Origin: Lachnospiraceae bacterium
GTDB lineage: Bacteria > Bacillota > Clostridia > Lachnospirales > Lachnospiraceae
DNA length: 64,000 nt
Assembly (NCBI GenBank): GCA_009774175.1
Contig: VSNG01000002.1
Location: 11,095-75,094 of the forward strand
Direction: 5' to 3'
Below are positions 20,102 through 29,814 of the stretch, in pieces; position 1 is the stretch's first letter; the number at the start of each line of letters is the position of its first letter. The position numbers and the translations under genes were made by a program. The notes beneath the pieces are model-generated. The model saw only the letters and a list, made by a program, of their open reading frames with translations, did no database searches and had not been told where the DNA came from.

Positions 20102-22087
20102 TCAATAAAAAACGCCCCGTTTTCCCCTCTGTCCGAAATACAGCCTGTACACTGCGACCTCCTCATTCTCAAAAGCCACTTCACCCACATCCTTCGGGCA
20201 TGTAAACAGCGGCGTATAAAACTTTCTCTGCACGATATAGTCAAGCCCCAGCTCCGCGTAGTACCTTACCGCTTCCTGATTTCCGGCAAAACAGCTTATT
20301 CCGCGCAGATAATCGGTATCGTAATCGTGAAAGAGATATGCATATCGTTCCGAAAAAACGCCGGTAGGATCATGCAGGTTTCCCCAGACCCTGTCGGATA
20401 ACAGAATCACATCCTCCTCCGTATTGTCCCTGATCCACGTGTAGGCCTCGCACTGCGCCTGGGATACATAAAGCAGACATTCGCCCTTATGCCTGTCAAC
20501 GGCATTCGGCGTACCGATATTTTTCACTCCGGCCGCCAGATTAGAGCCAAAGTAACCCAGATAGTTATTCTGTAGCATAAATACAATCGCGGCAGCACCA
20601 ATCGCCCCTGCCGCCGCATAGCCGGCCTTCCCCCGCAGATACTTCTCAAATACGATTTCCGCAAGACACCCGGTAAGTACTGCGGCAAACGGAAATGTGA
20701 TAAAACAGAAATACATATGCGAGTTCCCGTTAAAGTTAATCACATAGCTTCCCATGGTTCCGGCCAGGATAATAACGGCAAACAACAGATGCTCCTTTTT
20801 CAGCTTTTTTAAAAACAGCAGATAAAGACAATAAATCCCTGCCGGAATAAAAGTAAAACAATTGGATCTCGCCGTTTTCACACCGTATCTGACAATCCAG
20901 GCAGCGCATGAACGCAGGGACTGCATCGCCTGCGATCCGCCGTTAAGCTGAATATCCGGAAGATGCAGCGTCAGATTATAATTTTTCGCAATCGGCCAAA
21001 GGTATACTCCCACTGCTCCAAATACAACCAGCATAAGGCCCGTGGCAATATACGCTGTCCTCCTGCTGCTTCGTGAGAGAAACAAATAAAGATACGCCGC
21101 TGCAAAACCGCAGAAAACAACCGCGCCTGCCGCGCTCTTGGTTCCCGTACAGCATAGCAGACAACATAGGCTCCAGACTAGATTGCGCACATCCGTTTTT
21201 TCGTTTTCCAGCTGTACCAGAAGCAGCGCCACCACGATAAGGCCCAGAGCCTGCGCAATATCGTAGGACATCGGCACCAGGTACATATGCCATATATAGG
21301 TCATAGGCACCACTTCCTCGTACCCGGTGGAAAACAGCAAAAGCAACAGGGCCAGAACCTGCGCCGCCTTATTTTTCATCATTCTGCTCACAAGCGCGTA
21401 AGAAGACAGCCCCGTCAATAAAGCGCTCTCAATAAAAGAATAGCACACCGCCACCTTAACCGCCTGAATCCCCGTCACAACGGAAACCGCCGTCTGCTGC
21501 AGCGCCCCCAGGTAATGGTAACGGTATCCCGGCGCAAGCGTGCGAAATTCCTTTGGCGGAAAATGCTTTTTCAGGGCAACCATATCTCCCGTCCAATACA
21601 GAAAATCCGTCTCGTAATTATTGGAGCCTGCTGTATAAGGTATCTTCCATCTCATGGAAAAAACTACAAGCATAACAAAAAAGACTGCTAAAACCGTGCC
21701 GATCCATATGATGTTTCCTTCGCCATCCGAAGATTTTGTCGCCGTTTCCTGCACGAAGTCCCTTTTCTGATTCCGCTTAAACGCCAATGCTGCGCACGCC
21801 AGAACCGGCAGCAGGAAAAAGGCGCCCCGCACATACCTGATTCCCACAGTCAGCATCAGCGCTGTATATAGCAGAATCGTCAGCATATAGCCGGACGCGT
21901 AGATCAGCGTCAGTTTTTCTATCCTTCTCAGATTTTTTATCGGCACAAGCGCCATAACGGCGGCGCCGGGCAAAATCATGCAAAAAAACTGAAAGCAGAT
22001 ATATACCAGAAGCTCTCCCGGAGCTATCTGATTACATACCCCTGTAACAATCGTCATAAAGGCAATCAGACCGATTAAAGCAATCAT
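20102..22087 (-). CDS. large polytopic membrane protein, GT-C-like (ArnT/PMT-like or polymerase-like) with soluble C-terminal domain
   Basis: 661 aa with more than 12 hydrophobic segments. C-terminal soluble domain of about 130 aa ending VAVYRLYFGQ. AGGAG before ATG 22087. Confidence 0.5.
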   Translation of the reverse strand: MIALIGLIAFMTIVTGVCNQIAPGELLVYICFQFFCMILPGAAVMALVPIKNLRRIEKLTLIYASGYMLTILLYTALMLTVGIRYVRGAFFLLPVLACAALAFKRNQKRDFVQETATKSSDGEGNIIWIGTVLAVFFVMLVVFSMRWKIPYTAGSNNYETDFLYWTGDMVALKKHFPPKEFRTLAPGYRYHYLGALQQTAVSVVTGIQAVKVAVCYSFIESALLTGLSSYALVSRMMKNKAAQVLALLLLLFSTGYEEVVPMTYIWHMYLVPMSYDIAQALGLIVVALLLVQLENEKTDVRNLVWSLCCLLCCTGTKSAAGAVVFCGFAAAYLYLFLSRSSRRTAYIATGLMLVVFGAVGVYLWPIAKNYNLTLHLPDIQLNGGSQAMQSLRSCAAWIVRYGVKTARSNCFTFIPAGIYCLYLLFLKKLKKEHLLFAVIILAGTMGSYVINFNGNSHMYFCFITFPFAAVLTGCLAEIVFEKYLRGKAGYAAAGAIGAAAIVFMLQNNYLGYFGSNLAAGVKNIGTPNAVDRHKGECLLYVSQAQCEAYTWIRDNTEEDVILLSDRVWGNLHDPTGVFSERYAYLFHDYDTDYLRGISCFAGNQEAVRYYAELGLDYIVQRKFYTPLFTCPKDVGEVAFENEEVAVYRLYFGQRGKRGVFY

Positions 22088-22098
22088 ATGATCTCCTA

Positions 22099-23091
22099 TT
22101 AAACATTATATATATCGCTCTTATAGCATCCCATATTCTCTCTGATCCAGGCAATCGTCTCCCTGATTCCCTCCTCGAACGTATATCGGGGTTCCCATGC
22201 GGTCAGTCTTTTGATCTTCTCGTTTGCGCCCAGCAGACGGTTTACCTCGCTCTTTTCCGGGCGAAGTCTCTGCTCATCGCAGACGATCTTCGCACTCGGA
22301 TTGATCTGCCTGATGATCTCATTTGCCAAATCCCCGATGGAAATCTCCTGCTGGGTCGCAATATTGATTTCCTCTCCGATGGTCTTGTCCGATTCCGCAA
22401 TCGACACAAACCCTGCCGCCGTGTCCTTCACATAATTAAAGTCTCTGGTGGGCGAAAGCGATCCCAGCTTAATCTCTTTTTGTCCCGCCAGAAGCTGGGT
22501 AATAATCGTGGGAATCACGGCCCTTGCCGACTGTCTCGGGCCGTATGTATTAAACGGCCTGACAATCGAAACCGGTAAATTAAAGCTTCTGTAAAAGCTC
22601 TCCGCCAGCCGATCCGCTCCTATTTTAGTGGCGGAATAGGGGGACTGACCCTGATAAGGATGTTTTTCGTCAATAGGCACATACTGCGCCGTGCCGTACA
22701 CCTCCGAGGTGGACGTGACCATAATCCGCTCTGTTCCCAGATCACGCGCGGCCTGCAGCACGTTTAAGGTGCCCTTGATATTCGTATCCACATAGGAATC
22801 GGGCGAATGGTAGCTGAACGGAATAGCGATTAATGCCGCCAGATGGAATACGCCGTCCACGCCCTTCATCGCTTCCCGCACCCCGTTGGGATCACGGATA
22901 TCCCCCGAAAACACTTCAATTTCCCTCATTTTATCCTGCGGCAGCGTATCCAGCCACCCCCAGGTATTAAAGGAGTTATAATAAGCAAACGCCTTTACCT
23001 GATATCCCTTTTCTACCAGCAGTTCGGTCAGATGACTTCCGATAAAGCCGTCCGCTCCTGTCACCAACACTTTTTTCATAATGCTCCTCAT
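22099..23091 (-). CDS. legB: NAD-dependent sugar-nucleotide 4,6-dehydratase, LegB-like (SDR family)
   Basis: VLVTGADGFIGSHL Rossmann motif, STSEVYG, YSATK (YxxxK). The FAYYNSFNTWGWLD segment is as recalled for LegB-type enzymes. ATGA overlap with neuC at 23088..23091. Sits in a NeuC/NeuB/NeuD context. Confidence 0.7.
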   Translation of the reverse strand: MRSIMKKVLVTGADGFIGSHLTELLVEKGYQVKAFAYYNSFNTWGWLDTLPQDKMREIEVFSGDIRDPNGVREAMKGVDGVFHLAALIAIPFSYHSPDSYVDTNIKGTLNVLQAARDLGTERIMVTSTSEVYGTAQYVPIDEKHPYQGQSPYSATKIGADRLAESFYRSFNLPVSIVRPFNTYGPRQSARAVIPTIITQLLAGQKEIKLGSLSPTRDFNYVKDTAAGFVSIAESDKTIGEEINIATQQEISIGDLANEIIRQINPSAKIVCDEQRLRPEKSEVNRLLGANEKIKRLTAWEPRYTFEEGIRETIAWIRENMGCYKSDIYNV

Positions 23092-24269
23092 TCCTGCACT
23101 GTTTTTCCATGCAAATCGTAAAAAGTTTTCTTTAAATAAATCCGGTCATGCAGCAGAAAGTCTTTACAGACAGCGGCTATTTTCCTGCTTGTCCCCTCCG
23201 CTTCATAGGGATTATGCACCGGCTCCTTTTTCAGTCGTTCCTTCATGGCCGCCGCCTCTTCCATGGCTTTCCTGATATCTCCACGCTCCGCCTCACAGTG
23301 TATCACACTTTCGGCCGCCGTTCTACCCCGCTGTCTGTCTCCGATATTTACCGTCGGCACCTGAAAAGACGGCGCCTCGATGATTCCGCTGGAAGAATTT
23401 CCGATCACCATCCTGCTGTATTTCACCGCGCTCAGGTATCTGCGCATCCCCAGCGAAGCAACGGCATACACGTTACCGCGGACCGCCGCATATTGGTCTA
23501 TCATCCGGTTAATGATGTGGCCGCCCGCATCGGCGTTTGCCTTGGTGATAATATATTTCATAGTAAAATCATCCAACGCATCCAAAAGTGCCTGAAACTG
23601 GCTCTCCACACTTCCATCTTCCAAAGTAACAGGGTGAAAGGTCACAACCGCATAGGGGTCCCCCAATGGAAAATCCAGCGACGCTTCCAGTTCTGTCTTT
23701 GTCATCAACGGCACTTTTCTGATATTTTCCACACCAAGCGCCCCCACCGGAAAAACCCTGTCAGGAGATTCTCCCAACTGGATAATGCGGTTTGCATATT
23801 CCTGCGTGGAAGGAAAGTGCAGATAGCTGAGCTTTGTAATAGAATGGCGGATAGCGTCATCCACCGCCCCTTCCGTAATCTCGCCGCCGTGAAGATGCGC
23901 GATAGGTATGCGGGCATTCATTGCCGCCAGACACACCGCAAGCGTCTCATACCGATCCCCCAGCACAACAAGCATGTCCGCCCGGTTCTCCTCAAAATAT
24001 CCGCCAAACGCTTCCAAAGCTTCAGCCATCGTCCTGCTGACCGCCGCCGCTGTATCTCCTTTTTCCAAAATCGGTATTTTTACCGCAATGGGAAATCCAT
24101 CGTCAAGAATCTCCCGATAGGTATTTCCGAACTCCTCCGACAGGTGGGCGCCAGTCACCAACAGGGAAATTTCCAAGTCTCTATCCGCATAAAATCTCTC
24201 AATCAGCGGCCTTAAGATGCCATATTCGGCTCTTGTCGCCGTCAATACAGCGATCCTTTTCTTTGCCAT
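23088..24269 (-). CDS. neuC: UDP/GDP-sugar 2-epimerase (hydrolysing), NeuC/LegG type
   Basis: RIAVLTATRAEYGILRPL, DRYETLAVCLAA, IAHLHGGE. The track start at 24275 is TTG. ATG at 24269 has GAGG 7 nt upstream. Confidence 0.85.
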   Translation of the reverse strand: MAKKRIAVLTATRAEYGILRPLIERFYADRDLEISLLVTGAHLSEEFGNTYREILDDGFPIAVKIPILEKGDTAAAVSRTMAEALEAFGGYFEENRADMLVVLGDRYETLAVCLAAMNARIPIAHLHGGEITEGAVDDAIRHSITKLSYLHFPSTQEYANRIIQLGESPDRVFPVGALGVENIRKVPLMTKTELEASLDFPLGDPYAVVTFHPVTLEDGSVESQFQALLDALDDFTMKYIITKANADAGGHIINRMIDQYAAVRGNVYAVASLGMRRYLSAVKYSRMVIGNSSSGIIEAPSFQVPTVNIGDRQRGRTAAESVIHCEAERGDIRKAMEEAAAMKERLKKEPVHNPYEAEGTSRKIAAVCKDFLLHDRIYLKKTFYDLHGKTVQE

Positions 24270-24271
24270 TT

Positions 24272-25270
24272 TCAAACCTCTATCAATTCGTCCTGCGCAA
24301 AATCCCTGACCGCCGTTTTTCCAACAACGTCATTCCAACGCATAGGGGAAATGCCGTTTCCCGGTCTCTTAGTCGTAAGATTGTCCTCCGTAAGCCGCTC
24401 CCCCGCCCTGATGGGACATTTAGCCACGATGCTTTTGCGCGCAATTTCCGTATTTTTCTTCTCCGATTCGGAGGGTCTCTTGACGCCATCTCCCAGAGCC
24501 GATTCTATGTTTCTGACCGCTTCTACCATGGCCCGGAGTTCTGCGGGCTCCAGGCTGGCTTTGTGGTCCGGCCCTTCCATCGTTCTATCAAGCGTAAAAT
24601 GTTTCTCGATCACCACGGCGCCCAAAGTCGCCGCCGCAATCGGAATCTCAATGCCCTGCGTGTGATCCGAATATCCCACGGGCACGCCAAGCTCCCTTTC
24701 AAGGGTCGCCATCGCCCGCAGATTTACATCCCGATAGGGCGTCGGATACTCTGTATTACAATGAAGCACGGTAATGTCGCCGCTGCCATATTCCCGCAGC
24801 ACCGCCACGGCCTCTCTTATCTCTACAAGGGTACACATGCCAGACGAAATGACAACCCGTTTCCCACACCTTCCCACTTCCCGCAAATAGGGGTAGTTGG
24901 TCACCTCCCCGGAGGGTACTTTTATGATTTCCAGGCCGCACTGTATCAAATAATGCAGGCTGTCAACATCAAAGGGTGTAGACAAGAACATAATGTTCTT
25001 TTCTCTGCACCGGGCAATCAGCTGTTCATGCATATCCGGCGATAATTCCAGTTTTTTAAGCATGTCATACTGGGACTCCTCCTGTCCCGTCGTCTCCATC
25101 TGATAAGCCGCCTTTTTTGCGTCCCTGCTCACCAGCGCCTCCGCTTGAAACGTCTGGAACTTCACGGCGTCCGCGCCCGCTTTTGCCGCCGCATCCACTA
25201 ACTTTTTTGCGATTTCGATATCTCCGTTATGGTTGACGCCCGCTTCGGCGATGATAAATATTCTGTTCAT
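24272..25270 (-). CDS. neuB: N-acylneuraminate / N,N-diacetyllegionaminate synthase (NeuB/LegI family)
   Basis: IIAEAGVNHNGDIEIAKKLVDAAAKAGADAVKFQTF. C-terminal SAF-like KSIVAKCPIRAGERLTEDNLTTKRPGNGISP. ATG at 25270 forms an ATGA overlap with the upstream stop. Confidence 0.9.
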   Translation of the reverse strand: MNRIFIIAEAGVNHNGDIEIAKKLVDAAAKAGADAVKFQTFQAEALVSRDAKKAAYQMETTGQEESQYDMLKKLELSPDMHEQLIARCREKNIMFLSTPFDVDSLHYLIQCGLEIIKVPSGEVTNYPYLREVGRCGKRVVISSGMCTLVEIREAVAVLREYGSGDITVLHCNTEYPTPYRDVNLRAMATLERELGVPVGYSDHTQGIEIPIAAATLGAVVIEKHFTLDRTMEGPDHKASLEPAELRAMVEAVRNIESALGDGVKRPSESEKKNTEIARKSIVAKCPIRAGERLTEDNLTTKRPGNGISPMRWNDVVGKTAVRDFAQDELIEV

Positions 25271-25902
25271 AACTGCTTTACCTTTTCCCCGCTCCATGCG
25301 ATGCTGTGCGCTTTCACATCACGGCGGATGGTGGTTCCCGCTCCGATCGTGCTTTTATCCCCGATGGTTGTGCACTGGACAACCGTTGCATTGGCCCCCA
25401 CCAGCACGGATCTGCCCACCTTTACCTCCCCGCACAAAACCGTTCCCACCGATATATGGGAAAAATCTCCTACCTGACAGTCATGCTCCACAATCGCGCC
25501 CGTGTTGATAATACACATATCCCCTATCACTGCGTTTACATTGATAACGGCTCTCTTGCCGATAAAACTGCCCTCTCCGATTCGTGCGCCGGCAGAAAGA
25601 ATCGCGGAAGGGTCGCAGACTATCGGAAGCCGGAAACCGATCTGCTTTAAGGTACCAAAGAGCTTTTCCCTGACATCCGACTTCCCCATATAGCCGATTC
25701 CCACAGCGGCGTTTCGGATGCCGCTTTGAAAAAGCCGCTCCAGATCCTTATCGCCGCCAAGCACCGGATAGCGGCTTCCCTCTTTTGCGCATACCGCGTC
25801 ATTGACCACATAACCCGCTATCTCATATTCCTGTTGTCTCTCCAGAACGTCCGCAAGACTTTCCGCGTGTCCGCCCATGCCGAGAATAATTATCTTTTCC
25901 AT
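25267..25902 (-). CDS. NeuD/PglD/LegH-family sugar N-acetyltransferase (left-handed beta-helix)
   Basis: IIILGMGGHAESLADVL N-terminal Rossmann-like part. Hexapeptide repeats IGEGSFIGKRAVINVNAVIGDMCIINTGAIVEHDCQVGDFSHISVG. Confidence 0.85.
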   Translation of the reverse strand: MEKIIILGMGGHAESLADVLERQQEYEIAGYVVNDAVCAKEGSRYPVLGGDKDLERLFQSGIRNAAVGIGYMGKSDVREKLFGTLKQIGFRLPIVCDPSAILSAGARIGEGSFIGKRAVINVNAVIGDMCIINTGAIVEHDCQVGDFSHISVGTVLCGEVKVGRSVLVGANATVVQCTTIGDKSTIGAGTTIRRDVKAHSIAWSGEKVKQL

Positions 25903-27690
25903 TTATTTATCCCTAATCATCAGCTCTTCATACTCTTCCTTTGCAAGAAAGGGGTACATGTCCTGCAAGGCAGGCGTAAGCATTTTACCGTTTTCGTCCA
26001 ACCGTGACATCACCTTTGGCGTCACCGGGTCGTCAAGCCGCTGTTCAATCTCAAGCAGACATCTCGTCTCACAAGTTGTCAGCCATCTGACCGCTTCCTC
26101 CACTTCTTCATTAGAAGCGCACTTACGGTATGCATAGCCGAAGGTTTCCGCCACCTTCCGAAATTCCGGGAAGCTTACGCCGGTATCGGGAGTACATCCG
26201 ATATAGGCCCCTTCAAAGAAATTTTTGCTTGTCTGCCTGATGGCTCCGTAACCGTCATTGGAAAATACGACCACATTCACCGGAAGATCGTTCTGCACAA
26301 TGGTCTGCAATTCCTGCAAATTCATCATAATGCTGCCGTCCCCGGTAATACAGTACACCTTTCTCTTCGCCGCCACAGCCGCGCCGATGGCCGCAGGAAT
26401 GTCATATCCCATGGAGCCGCAGGTATAGTTCGTCATAACCCGCTGGCCGGCATACTGCACGCCGATCTGGAGCTTGGCCGTATTAGCCGTATTATTTCCC
26501 AGCGCCAGAATACTGTCCCTTTCCTCATACTGTCGAAATATCTTCCAGAAATAATAGGAATTGACCCGCTCCTTTGGCTCGATATCCTCTGCGCCTTCAT
26601 AGGGCGTAAATCTTTCCTTCAATCTGTCGCAGTAGGCAAGCCATTCTTCCGGCGCCTGAACCCGGCAATCCTCTTCCAGCATTTTTCCAATAAACGCGCC
26701 CACGTCGGCATGAACAAACTTTTCGATGCAAAGCCCCGGCTTCCTGCTTTCCTCCGCGTCCGCATCCACCATCACGATCCGCGCCCCCGGCGCAAATCCT
26801 TCCAGATTAAATCCTGTCTGCCGAAATCCCAGACTGTTCCCCATGGCCAGAATCACGTCCGCGTTCTGTAAAATAAAATTCCCGGTTCTCGGCCCCACGT
26901 TCCCGGAATTGCCGTAATAGAGCGGGTGCTCTGCATACAGATTGTCCGCAACCCAGGCGCCGCCGATCACGGGAATCCCCATCTTATTAATGAACTGCTC
27001 AAACGCGTTCCTGCAATGACTGCTGATAATGCCTGAACCCGCCAGAATACACGGTCTTTTCGCACAGCGAAGCATCCCAAGCACATCCTGTATCTGCGCC
27101 TGATCCGCCTGCGGCACATCGCTGATAAATGCTTCCTCTGGATACAGATCCGCCTCTTCCACTCTGGCGTTCTGGATATCCTGCGGAATATCCAGCCACA
27201 CGGGCCCTCTTCTGCCATCCATGGCAATATGAATGGCTTTTATAAGCTCCCGCCTCACCGCCAGCGGATCGGTCAGCATCACGGCATATTTCGTCATATT
27301 TTTCACTGTGGGAATAATCTCGAACTCCTGAATGCCCCGATACCGCAGCTTAAGTCCCGATTTGGGAACGGAAATCTCATATCTGACCTGGCCGGACAAA
27401 ACAACCATGGGCAGGCTGTCCTGCCACGCTCCCATTACGCCCGTCAGGGTATTGGTCGCCCCCGGCCCGGAGGTAACGCAGACCGCCGCCGGCCTGCCGC
27501 TGTATCTGGCGTAAGCCTCCGCCGCCATGGCGCATGCCTGCTCGTGATGGTTAAAATATTTGTGCATCCCTTCACACACAAGCAGCGCATTATCCAGGTG
27601 CATGGCGCCGCCGCCCACCACGGCAAAGCAGTCTGTAACGCCGTATTCGATTAACGTGTCCATAACAATGTCCGCTACTCTTTTTATCAT
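25903..27690 (-). CDS. thiamine-diphosphate-dependent enzyme, acetolactate-synthase large-subunit-like
   Basis: VGGGAMHLDNAL, GPGATNTLTGV. ThDP motif ITGDGSIMMNLQELQT...VVFSNDGYGAI. 595 aa. Confidence 0.85.
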   Translation of the reverse strand: MIKRVADIVMDTLIEYGVTDCFAVVGGGAMHLDNALLVCEGMHKYFNHHEQACAMAAEAYARYSGRPAAVCVTSGPGATNTLTGVMGAWQDSLPMVVLSGQVRYEISVPKSGLKLRYRGIQEFEIIPTVKNMTKYAVMLTDPLAVRRELIKAIHIAMDGRRGPVWLDIPQDIQNARVEEADLYPEEAFISDVPQADQAQIQDVLGMLRCAKRPCILAGSGIISSHCRNAFEQFINKMGIPVIGGAWVADNLYAEHPLYYGNSGNVGPRTGNFILQNADVILAMGNSLGFRQTGFNLEGFAPGARIVMVDADAEESRKPGLCIEKFVHADVGAFIGKMLEEDCRVQAPEEWLAYCDRLKERFTPYEGAEDIEPKERVNSYYFWKIFRQYEERDSILALGNNTANTAKLQIGVQYAGQRVMTNYTCGSMGYDIPAAIGAAVAAKRKVYCITGDGSIMMNLQELQTIVQNDLPVNVVVFSNDGYGAIRQTSKNFFEGAYIGCTPDTGVSFPEFRKVAETFGYAYRKCASNEEVEEAVRWLTTCETRCLLEIEQRLDDPVTPKVMSRLDENGKMLTPALQDMYPFLAKEEYEELMIRDK

Positions 27691-27765
27691 CTCTTCATCC
27701 CGATTCCGAAACCACTGCTCCTGCCAGCGTATTTCAAAATATCCCTTCGTGCAAAAAATGTCCTT

Positions 27766-28806
27766 TTATACCCGCAGCTTATTTTTCATCCGATCCAATT
27801 CTTCCATCTGTCCCATATCCATATAGGCGGACTCTTCAATGATGTAAGCGCCGATTTTTCTGCCCTCAGCCTTGCACCTTTCGATAATCTCCGGGAAGGA
27901 AATCGCCTCATTCTCAGGCATGGCGTCAATCAGCTCCTGCCGCACCATATACATGCCGGTATTAATCAGATAATCGTTCTCCGGCTTTTCCGTCAGCGCC
28001 TCACAATTTCCCGATTCATCCAGCGAAAGAACGCCGTAAGGCACTACATGCTTGTATTTTGCGGCCACAATCGTAATATAGTTGTTATTTTTTTTATGGT
28101 GATTATAAATTTCGCTGTAATCCGCGTCAATGATAATGTCGCAGTTTACGAGAAAAAAATCTTCCGTTATCCTGTTTTTCAAAAGGTAAAGGCCCCCGCC
28201 GGTTCCCAGATAGGTATCCTCTTCCACATACTCAATCTCATACGGCTTCTCTAACGCCTCGAAATAGGATTGAATCATCTTTTTCTTATGATTGACAATC
28301 ATATAGAACTGTTTACAGCCATAATCAAGAAAATTGTTGATAATCCGTTCCGAAATGGGTATCTCCCCTATGGGAATCAGCGCTTTTGGCAGAATCTTCG
28401 TATAGGGAAACAGTCTTGTTCCCTTACCCCCCGCCATCATCACCACCGGGCAGTTTAAATGATAGTCCTTCCTTACCCTGCGGCCGTTTTTAAACACCAC
28501 CTCTATAACTTCGCCGTTGTAGTTTACAATCGGTATCGAAGGCACGTCCGTGGCTCTAAAGAGCTCGTCCACCTTGTTCCTGTCATAGCTCACAAGAAAC
28601 TCCGGCTGATAGTTCGCTATATACTTAATGGGGAGGGCGGTATCGCCATCCCCAAGGGCATATCTTCTCACATCGCCGTCTGAAACAGAGGCAGACAGCT
28701 TACCGTTATCCACCACATATACCACTTTACAGCGCACCCGCTCCAGCTGTTCCACAGCCTCTTTAATGATTGCGCCCTCCTCTATCAATAAGTCCGTAAT
28801 CTGCAT
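27766..28806 (-). CDS. CBS-domain sugar-phosphate nucleotidyltransferase (PtmE-like)
   Basis: N-terminal CBS-like region. MMAGGKGTRLFPYTKILPKALIPIG (GxGTRL motif). GGGAGGA before ATG 28806. Confidence 0.8.
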   Translation of the reverse strand: MQITDLLIEEGAIIKEAVEQLERVRCKVVYVVDNGKLSASVSDGDVRRYALGDGDTALPIKYIANYQPEFLVSYDRNKVDELFRATDVPSIPIVNYNGEVIEVVFKNGRRVRKDYHLNCPVVMMAGGKGTRLFPYTKILPKALIPIGEIPISERIINNFLDYGCKQFYMIVNHKKKMIQSYFEALEKPYEIEYVEEDTYLGTGGGLYLLKNRITEDFFLVNCDIIIDADYSEIYNHHKKNNNYITIVAAKYKHVVPYGVLSLDESGNCEALTEKPENDYLINTGMYMVRQELIDAMPENEAISFPEIIERCKAEGRKIGAYIIEESAYMDMGQMEELDRMKNKLRV

Positions 28807-28838
28807 AATTCCTCCCTGTCAAAGCAAGTTTTACGGTC

Positions 28839-29726
28839 TTAGCCGTAAATCAGAGAATAAAGGTCTATGCTGTCAATGTGCTCCCTGTACCAGTCGTATA
28901 ACAGCTTCACCGCCGCGCGCATATCGGTCAGCTCCCATTCGGGCAGCTCCGCCCGTATCCTGTCATTGTTGGCGGTGTACTCATTTGCCCACCCGTCGCT
29001 GCATACAAAAATATCTCCCGGCTTGTCAGCTATATCATTGACTATCTGCGCCAGCTCATAAAGACTTACCCGAACGCCGCTGACCGCATTATAGACATGG
29101 TATTTCGGATGCTCCAGATGCAGAAACAGTTCCACCAGCCGGCAGAAATCGTCAATCCACAGATAATCGAAATAACAGTTTTTCCGAAGGGACAGGGGCA
29201 GCCCCTTTAAGGATTTACAGCAAAGGTTTGAAATATATTTAGTTTTCCAGTATTCATATTTTCCGAAAATTCCAAACAGACGCAGATTATAGATATTCTC
29301 GCTTTTCTCAATCATCTGATTTACGGTATACTTCATCAGTCCGTACTGATCCGTGGGAATCAGGTGGTTCTCAATGTCCTCCTCCGTAACGGACATAATC
29401 GGAAAACGCTTGTCATACTCCGCGCCCGACCCGGCATAAATCATTCTGCCGTATAAATCGGCATGTCTGTAAAAATTCAAAAACATTCTGAGGTTGTAAT
29501 CCAAAATCCTGCTGCCGTCCTTGCTCGGATCCGTTCCGTTCACATAGACGGCAAAATTCAGCACCACATCATAGCGGGTCTTTTGCAGACAGGCCGCGAC
29601 CTGTTCTTCGTCTACGCCGTTTAATTCTCTACTGGAAGGCGCATACACGTCATAGCCCTTCTGCAGCAGATATTCTTTGACATTTCTTCCCACAAACCCG
29701 GAACCGCCGGTCATCAAAATCTTCAT
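28839..29726 (-). CDS. NAD(P)-dependent epimerase/reductase (SDR family)
   Basis: ILMTGGSGFVGRNV Rossmann motif. About 295 aa. ATG 29726 is preferred over 29738 on RBS context (weak). Confidence 0.7.
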   Translation of the reverse strand: MKILMTGGSGFVGRNVKEYLLQKGYDVYAPSSRELNGVDEEQVAACLQKTRYDVVLNFAVYVNGTDPSKDGSRILDYNLRMFLNFYRHADLYGRMIYAGSGAEYDKRFPIMSVTEEDIENHLIPTDQYGLMKYTVNQMIEKSENIYNLRLFGIFGKYEYWKTKYISNLCCKSLKGLPLSLRKNCYFDYLWIDDFCRLVELFLHLEHPKYHVYNAVSGVRVSLYELAQIVNDIADKPGDIFVCSDGWANEYTANNDRIRAELPEWELTDMRAAVKLLYDWYREHIDSIDLYSLIYG

Positions 29727-29779
29727 ACTAATCCCCATTCTTGCTCAGCCTGCGAATTTGGGCGCAAGCACAAATTTGC

Positions 29780-29814
29780 GTGTGAAAAATCTTGCGCATA
29801 TGGATTTTTCACAC
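29780..29814 (-). other. perfect 12-bp stem-loop abutting the stop codon of 29814..30863
   Basis: gtgtgaaaaatc (29780..29791), an 11-nt loop, then gatttttcacac (29803..29814). The arms are exact reverse complements. No U-tract follows on the coding strand. A second, imperfect hairpin follows (gcaaatttg/caaattcgc, one mismatch). Confidence 0.6.

Noticed and set aside
19442-20401. 319-codon plus-strand ORF spanning a gene junction
   Set aside because: It runs antisense across the GT2 (19112..20089) and the start of the GT-C-like gene. No motifs. Shadow ORF.
23148-24215. 355-codon plus-strand ORF
   Set aside because: It is antisense to neuC, whose motifs are unambiguous. Shadow ORF.
29780-29814. 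Calling the 12-bp hairpin an intrinsic terminator
   Set aside because: The stem is A/T-rich and is not followed by a U-tract on the coding strand, and the next gene starts about 50-60 nt downstream (ATG 29726 or 29738). It is kept only as a structural observation.
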